Positions 58,633 through 64,000 of a stretch of 64,000 nt of DNA are shown piece after piece; position 1 is the first letter of the stretch, and the number at the start of each line of letters is the position of its first letter. Source of the DNA: Minutocellus sp. GHC0000111 (taxonomy: Eukaryota). A model generated the notes under the pieces. It was given only the letters and a program-made list of their open reading frames with translations, did no database searches and was not told where the DNA came from. Both the position numbers and the translations under genes were made by a program. Where the stretch lies: the NCBI GenBank assembly GCA_977018835.1, contig OZ361256.1, positions 3,968,001 through 4,032,000 on the forward strand, in the 5' to 3' direction.

Positions 58633-59001
58633 GGGTGATTGGCTTTAGCTACTGCGTTCCACCTACGCACTTCCTTGTGCTATCGAGCTATCGATCCGAA
58701 CCCCTGCCCGAACCTTTGAAGTTAGGCCTAGCTAGCTAGTTGTGGCGCCATAAATCATCGCTTGGAGGGAAATTTCTTGGCGGCTCGTGGTTTTTGAGTT
58801 TTGCACATGTATTGACTCGCTCGAATGACTCGCTCGAATGACTGACACAAAAAGATGCCCAGGCGACGCGAAGCGGGCGCACCGCGGCAAAGCCAGACTG
58901 GGGGCTGGCCAAAAGTAGCCACTCCTGCAGTCCAATACTGCTTTGCAAAGATACGAGACCCGACTTGGCCATTCCTTTTGAATAATACCAACCCACCCAT
59001 C

Positions 59002-59583
59002 ATGAAGCTTGTCACGGCCCTCGTCACTGCTACTGGCACTCTCAGCACAGCGTCTGCCTCCCATCTTCGAGGCGGCGTTCCCTTCCACCGAGCGAAAGAT
59101 CGCGATCTACTTTCTCTCGGTGAGGGGCAAAAGGCCCGCCGTCTCGCCGCTGCAAAGTGCAAGAAGCTCGTGGTCTACCGCGACGTGCGCGATTACAGGG
59201 AAGACAAGACCTATGTCGGTCGGCACGGATATCTCGGACAGAAGGGCGGCAAGCCCGGTGATACGCTTGTGCTCAAGGTTCCTCTTTACGACAAGTCGGA
59301 TCGCAGCGAGCAGAAACAAATTGGGATCTTTGAAGAAGTATGGACGTGGTCCTTCGACGGCGATGGTATGGGAAACATAATGTTCACCATGCACGACGAA
59401 GATGGCGAGGAACGAGGTCAGCTGGCGGCCGAGTTTACGCTGGCCGGTCTTCAGAATCCCGTGACTGGCGGCACGTTGGAATTCGCCGGTACCAATGGAT
59501 ATTTGACGTTCGACCAAGCCGGAAGATTCTCCAAGGAGAATGGGTACTATAACGAACTTACGCTGAACTATGACTGCTTTTGA
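59002..59583 (+). CDS. Secreted dirigent/allene-oxide-cyclase-like beta-barrel protein
   Basis: Signal peptide MKLVTALVTATGTLSTASA, HLRG, ARRL; GDTLVLKVPLYD...IG...PVTGGTLEFAGTNGYL. Confidence 0.55.
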   Translation: MKLVTALVTATGTLSTASASHLRGGVPFHRAKDRDLLSLGEGQKARRLAAAKCKKLVVYRDVRDYREDKTYVGRHGYLGQKGGKPGDTLVLKVPLYDKSDRSEQKQIGIFEEVWTWSFDGDGMGNIMFTMHDEDGEERGQLAAEFTLAGLQNPVTGGTLEFAGTNGYLTFDQAGRFSKENGYYNELTLNYDCF

Positions 59584-59848
59584 GTTGGAGTGCTGGATCA
59601 TTCCGTAGATAGCTTCCTTTCGCTTCCCGTTTGCTGCTACACCTACAGGCTCTCAGGTCAGATACGATACTATCAGGAACTAATCATGACATGAGCACAG
59701 AGGTCTAACCACAACAATAAACTACTAAGATTATATAACGGAGAAAAATAGAGAGCACCGGCCTCCTTATGTCTCCCATCGTTTTAAAAAACATATACAT
59801 ACAATTCTGTCGGACCTTCTGCCAAAAGGAAGAAGTACTTTCTTTTCT

Positions 59849-60529
59849 TTACCTCTCCTCGTCACCACCGGTACTCCGCTCCAGCGCCTTGCCACAGGCA
59901 GCCTGCTGGACGGTGTTGGCCTGGCCAAACTGATTGACCAAGTTGCCCACAATCTTCTGGGCGCTCTTGGCCACATTCTTGGCCACAACGTCGACACCCC
60001 CTTGGCCCTGGGCCTGCGCCTGCTGCTCCTTGTTGGACGGGATGTGAACGGCGTTGCCACCGGGATAGGCGGCGTCGGGGTCGAAGATCTTGTCCATCTC
60101 ATGGATGAAGGCGTTGTTGGCCTGGCTGGCGAGGCGGATGGCGGCCGAGGCCAACCGGTCGGGGCTGCTGGTAACGCTCGAGGCGCCGCCGGTGCTGCCC
60201 GGGGCGGTGCTGGCCGTGAGGGTGGACGACAACATCTTGTCGTCGTCGTCCTCCTCCTCGCCGTCGGTGGTCAGCTCGGTCGACGTGTCGAGGGCGGCGG
60301 GGGCGTGCGCATCGGCTGCCGCGGCCTCCTTCTTACTACTGCCCGGGGCCGCCGCCAGGTCCTCCAACGAAACAGTGGGTGTGATGTCGGTAACCTTCTT
60401 GCGAGATTGCGGCGTACCGTTCTGGCCCAGCACCTCCCAATCGTCCTGCATCGGGGCCGCCTCGCCGCTGCTGCCCGCCAGGCCCTCGAGGGCGCAGGCC
60501 ACGTCGCACCATTCGTCGTCACCGGACAT
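59849..60529 (-). CDS. Hypothetical low-complexity protein
   Basis: GC3-rich ORF starting at MSGDDEW after an AT-rich leader. Confidence 0.6.
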   Translation of the reverse strand: MSGDDEWCDVACALEGLAGSSGEAAPMQDDWEVLGQNGTPQSRKKVTDITPTVSLEDLAAAPGSSKKEAAAADAHAPAALDTSTELTTDGEEEDDDDKMLSSTLTASTAPGSTGGASSVTSSPDRLASAAIRLASQANNAFIHEMDKIFDPDAAYPGGNAVHIPSNKEQQAQAQGQGGVDVVAKNVAKSAQKIVGNLVNQFGQANTVQQAACGKALERSTGGDEER

Positions 60530-61199
60530 ATTTATCAATTTTGTCTTTGTTCTGTTGATCGAGAATCCGCTTGTGATGTCTTTTCCTTGAGAAATTCTTT
60601 TTCCAAGATGGGATGTTCTTTCTGTGCAACGAAACGAAAACAGAATCCAACACAAGATGGATTGCAATCCCAAAAACGCGTAAATGTGTCGAGACGGAGA
60701 GGGAGCAGGGGGAGATACTGGCCACTCTCGTCAAATTTTATTGTTCTTGCTCAAGAACCAACACGTTAGGTCGCTTCTTCGTGGTTCGATGTGCGAGATG
60801 CGCGGTTGCACACGCAGATCCCGCGTGCAAAACGCAAAACCCGCGCACGATGAAGTCACAAGCGTATTAGAATGAAGGTCACTGGTAGCACGTTACGAAA
60901 TTTTCACAAAAAAACAAACCAACAAAGGTCAACACCGTGCCGGCCGGCTCGCGCAGGACACGCCGTTTCCGTTGGTCCGACCTAAAAGCTTCAGATTGGT
61001 CCCCATCCCCAAGATAACTGGAGTGATTTTGTGGTGACATTGCAGCGGCTAACAAGCCCATAATGATAGTGGACAGACAGTAGAGTTACTGCCGCCACGT
61101 GACCAGTGAGAGTTGGGATATAATTCAAGTGAAGTGAAAGCAGAAACGAACGGCATATCTTTCTTGCTCAAGAAACTAGAAACCGAGAAGAAGTGAGAA

Positions 61200-63905
61200 A
61201 TGGAGGACGACAATTGGACGGACAACGATGGGCCAATGTCCTCATCGCCGTCGTCGTCGAATCGGACACCGCTGCTTCACGATCAGGACGGCACAAACTC
61301 GACAGAGACACCAGCTACTGTTGTTCGATCGCGCCCGAAAGCTTCAACCCTGGTGCAATCGTCGCTGATATTCGTAACTGGATTTCTAGTTGCATTCGCT
61401 ACCCTGGCCACCGAGGAGGGAATATCGATCCGCAGTCGTCTTGGTCTTGGTCTAAGTGGATCGAACAGCACGGCATCTTCTCAAATAAATAATGCAGGTC
61501 TGCCTCCTAGTGCCGGTAACAGCATCGGCAGTGACGCAAGCGGCAGCAAACAAAGTGCACAGCCAAGCTCAAACCAGCACATGACGAAGCATAAGAAGAA
61601 GATGCGAGGAGGGCCCAAGATCTTTGGTGTCGGTCTGTCCAAGACCGGCACTACCTCGCTATCTGCCGCGATGAACATGCTGGGCTATTACTCCCTCCAC
61701 AACGATCCTACGCTGGTTCACTTTATGCACCATGATCGAGAAGAACTGCTCATGCAGAGTTCGGACTCGACCTTCAACCTAACCGGCAAGTACGACGACG
61801 TCGATTCGGTATGGGACATCCCAACAGCCGCCTACTACCGCCAGCTTCACGCCGCCTATCCCGACGCCAAGTTCATCCTCACCGTTCGATCGTCTCCGCA
61901 GGTATGGTTTGATTCCTTCCGAACGTATCTGAACGACTACCAGTACTACCAGTGGGGCTGTGCCATCCCCGAGCGCATCCAGCGCCTCCACCAATTCGTG
62001 TACGGCAGCCGCAACGTCGACGACGTTTGGATGGAGGCCTACCAGCGGCACAATGCCGAGGTCGTGCAATACTTTGAGGAGCATTCCACTATCCGAAATC
62101 AGCTCCTCATCATGGACCTGACCCAGGAGGACGATCCATGGCCCGAGCTGTGCAACTTTTTGGAACGGGATGATGGTCCGTGTGCCCAGCTTTCCCACTT
62201 TGACGGAGATAGTGGTGCGCGTGAGATTGCCTTCCCCCGGGCCAACTCGGCGCAAGATCACGAGGGGTTGGATACAACCTGTCCTGGTGAGGTGTTTGCC
62301 GAGGAGCTGGGCTACCCAGCAATTAACAGCGACCTGTCGGATGAGGAGAAGATGGCACTGGCGGTGGAGGAGGAGCCCAACTTTGCGTACGTTACGTTGC
62401 TGTGCGATCCGGCCTTGCCCGATCAGACGGAATACATTCGCATGCTCCTTGTTCTTTTGGCAAATATCCGTTCGTACGATACCGAGAGTGACGTCGTGGT
62501 CATGGTCCATGGGTCTATACTGCAAGAACAGTGGGACCTGCTGGTCACAGCCGGACTCAAGCTGGTTCGTATCCCCATCGTTGGATCATTCACGACCCCC
62601 ATGTTTCCCCACCAGCCCGACGAACGGACGGCGACGTGCTACCGCTCCAAGTTCCGTGCCCTGCAGCTCATTGCCTACGACAAAATTTTGTTATTGGATT
62701 CTGACATTTTGCTGCGGCAAGACGTTACGTCCATGTTCCATCTGCCCGACTTTGTCATTGCCGATGGCAGCGAGGCTCCGATGAATGCTGGTTTCTTCCT
62801 TGCCGAGCCCAGTCAGCAAGCGTTTGCTGACATTTATGATATCTGGCGAACGGATTCCTACACCCCAGAACGAGGGTGGATGGACTACGGTCCCTTCCCA
62901 CACTGGAGACAGGGGGGCAATGTGACCGATTGGACGTTTTGGTGTGCCACCACCGACCAAGGATTGCTATTTTACTATTATGATCGATTGATGAATCAGG
63001 CCCATATCCAGAAGGGAACCTCCATGAGCGGAATTTTCACACATTTTGTTGGACAGAACAAACCATTCTTGTACAGCCCCGAAACAATCGAGGATGTCCC
63101 CAAGAGATACAAGGGAGCCGTGGTGGCTTGGTATGAATTGTGGGATCAAGTCAAGGCCAAGATGGAGAGCACCCCCCAGGGCTCTCAAGCGCTTTCGGCT
63201 GGTTTGGGTTCGACCGAATCCGTCGAAAGATCTCGAAAGCGAATAAAACGTGCCCTGCGAATGGATAACATTTTTGACAAATCCGAACAACGGGCCCTAC
63301 CACCGGGTGGAAAGGGATATTACGATCACTATCACGACCCTTACGATGACCCATACGACGACCCTTATGGAGGAAAAGGAGGAGGTGGAGTATACGATGA
63401 TGACTACTTTTATTGGGATCCATGCTATTTCGACCCATACTACTTTGAGGCCGAGGGTCTGTCAAGGCGCCAGCAAGCCAATAGAGAGAGGCAAAGAGAA
63501 TACCAGCTCGAATACTTTGAGACATATGGCTGGCCCAAGCACTGCGTCAAAGGGTACTATTTGCAAGGTGGCGTCGAAACATCTACTGGTTTGACCGCAA
63601 AGCAAAAGGCCAACCGAGAGAGGCAAGAACAGCGGAGGCAGTATTGTTTGCAGTACTATCAGTATTACGGCATGTATCCAGCCGGATACAATTGCGATGG
63701 CAGCGGAAAAAATACTGGGTATACAACTGAGCAGGAAGCCTACTATGCAGCCCAGCAGCAGGCATACTATGACGCACAACAACAGGCATACTATGATGTC
63801 TATTATGCTCAGTACGGCAATCAGTACGGTTACAGCGCATATCAATATCCGACAACATCAAGGACAGGAACAAGGAAGAAGAAACGGCGGCACCGAAGGA
63901 AATAA
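61200..63905 (+). CDS. Type II membrane protein: sulfotransferase (Sulfotransfer_4-like) + glycosyltransferase family 8 + Tyr/Gln-rich tail
   Basis: TM LIFVTGFLVAFATLA; KIFGVGLSKTGTTSL, YPDAKFILTVR...WFDS, WPELCNFL; FAYVTL, YDKILLLDSD, NAGFFLAEPS, DQGLL, HFVGQNKPF. Confidence 0.85.
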   Translation: MEDDNWTDNDGPMSSSPSSSNRTPLLHDQDGTNSTETPATVVRSRPKASTLVQSSLIFVTGFLVAFATLATEEGISIRSRLGLGLSGSNSTASSQINNAGLPPSAGNSIGSDASGSKQSAQPSSNQHMTKHKKKMRGGPKIFGVGLSKTGTTSLSAAMNMLGYYSLHNDPTLVHFMHHDREELLMQSSDSTFNLTGKYDDVDSVWDIPTAAYYRQLHAAYPDAKFILTVRSSPQVWFDSFRTYLNDYQYYQWGCAIPERIQRLHQFVYGSRNVDDVWMEAYQRHNAEVVQYFEEHSTIRNQLLIMDLTQEDDPWPELCNFLERDDGPCAQLSHFDGDSGAREIAFPRANSAQDHEGLDTTCPGEVFAEELGYPAINSDLSDEEKMALAVEEEPNFAYVTLLCDPALPDQTEYIRMLLVLLANIRSYDTESDVVVMVHGSILQEQWDLLVTAGLKLVRIPIVGSFTTPMFPHQPDERTATCYRSKFRALQLIAYDKILLLDSDILLRQDVTSMFHLPDFVIADGSEAPMNAGFFLAEPSQQAFADIYDIWRTDSYTPERGWMDYGPFPHWRQGGNVTDWTFWCATTDQGLLFYYYDRLMNQAHIQKGTSMSGIFTHFVGQNKPFLYSPETIEDVPKRYKGAVVAWYELWDQVKAKMESTPQGSQALSAGLGSTESVERSRKRIKRALRMDNIFDKSEQRALPPGGKGYYDHYHDPYDDPYDDPYGGKGGGGVYDDDYFYWDPCYFDPYYFEAEGLSRRQQANRERQREYQLEYFETYGWPKHCVKGYYLQGGVETSTGLTAKQKANRERQEQRRQYCLQYYQYYGMYPAGYNCDGSGKNTGYTTEQEAYYAAQQQAYYDAQQQAYYDVYYAQYGNQYGYSAYQYPTTSRTGTRKKKRRHRRK

Positions 63906-64000
63906 GGCACATATTACTTTCCCTAGGGCTGCAGCGGGTTCAGTATAGTTATTAATTGATAAAGTAAATGGGGCATCGTTTTTATTGAAAAAGCTGGAAA

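Overview
Gene-dense eukaryotic nuclear DNA, most likely a diatom: signal peptide + 'SSAF' plastid-type presequence, RXL-bearing secreted proteins, short GT-AG introns, and compact head-to-head gene pairs. Recognisable genes are LAMTOR2-like, DUF3119, PDAP1/PP28-SAP, Nup107, ABCF, DUF1295, SfsA, ribonucleotide reductase R1, RCC1-repeat, ATG2, TBC Rab-GAP, F-box/ApaG, a PHD protein, a degenerate ABC ATPase, an ankyrin protein and a sulfotransferase-GT8 fusion. The window also holds a RAG1/Transib/Chapaev-like transposase remnant, a 750-bp MITE, a complex minisatellite and a 200-N gap. Main observations: (1) recurrent TA-bounded palindromic micro-insertions (TACCTAGGTA, TAGCTACGTAG), two of which break genes and restore the frame exactly when collapsed to one TA; (2) two pairs of paralogous introns inside one ABCF gene; (3) a sulfotransferase-GT8 enzyme fused through RXL sites to a Tyr-rich, biosilica-protein-like tail; (4) a locally amplified orphan family with motif YRxSxExHxY; (5) an RNR R1 with a signal peptide, head-to-head with SfsA; (6) about 11 disrupted genes, which may be real decay, assembly error or both. 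All calls are by eye; no database searches were run.
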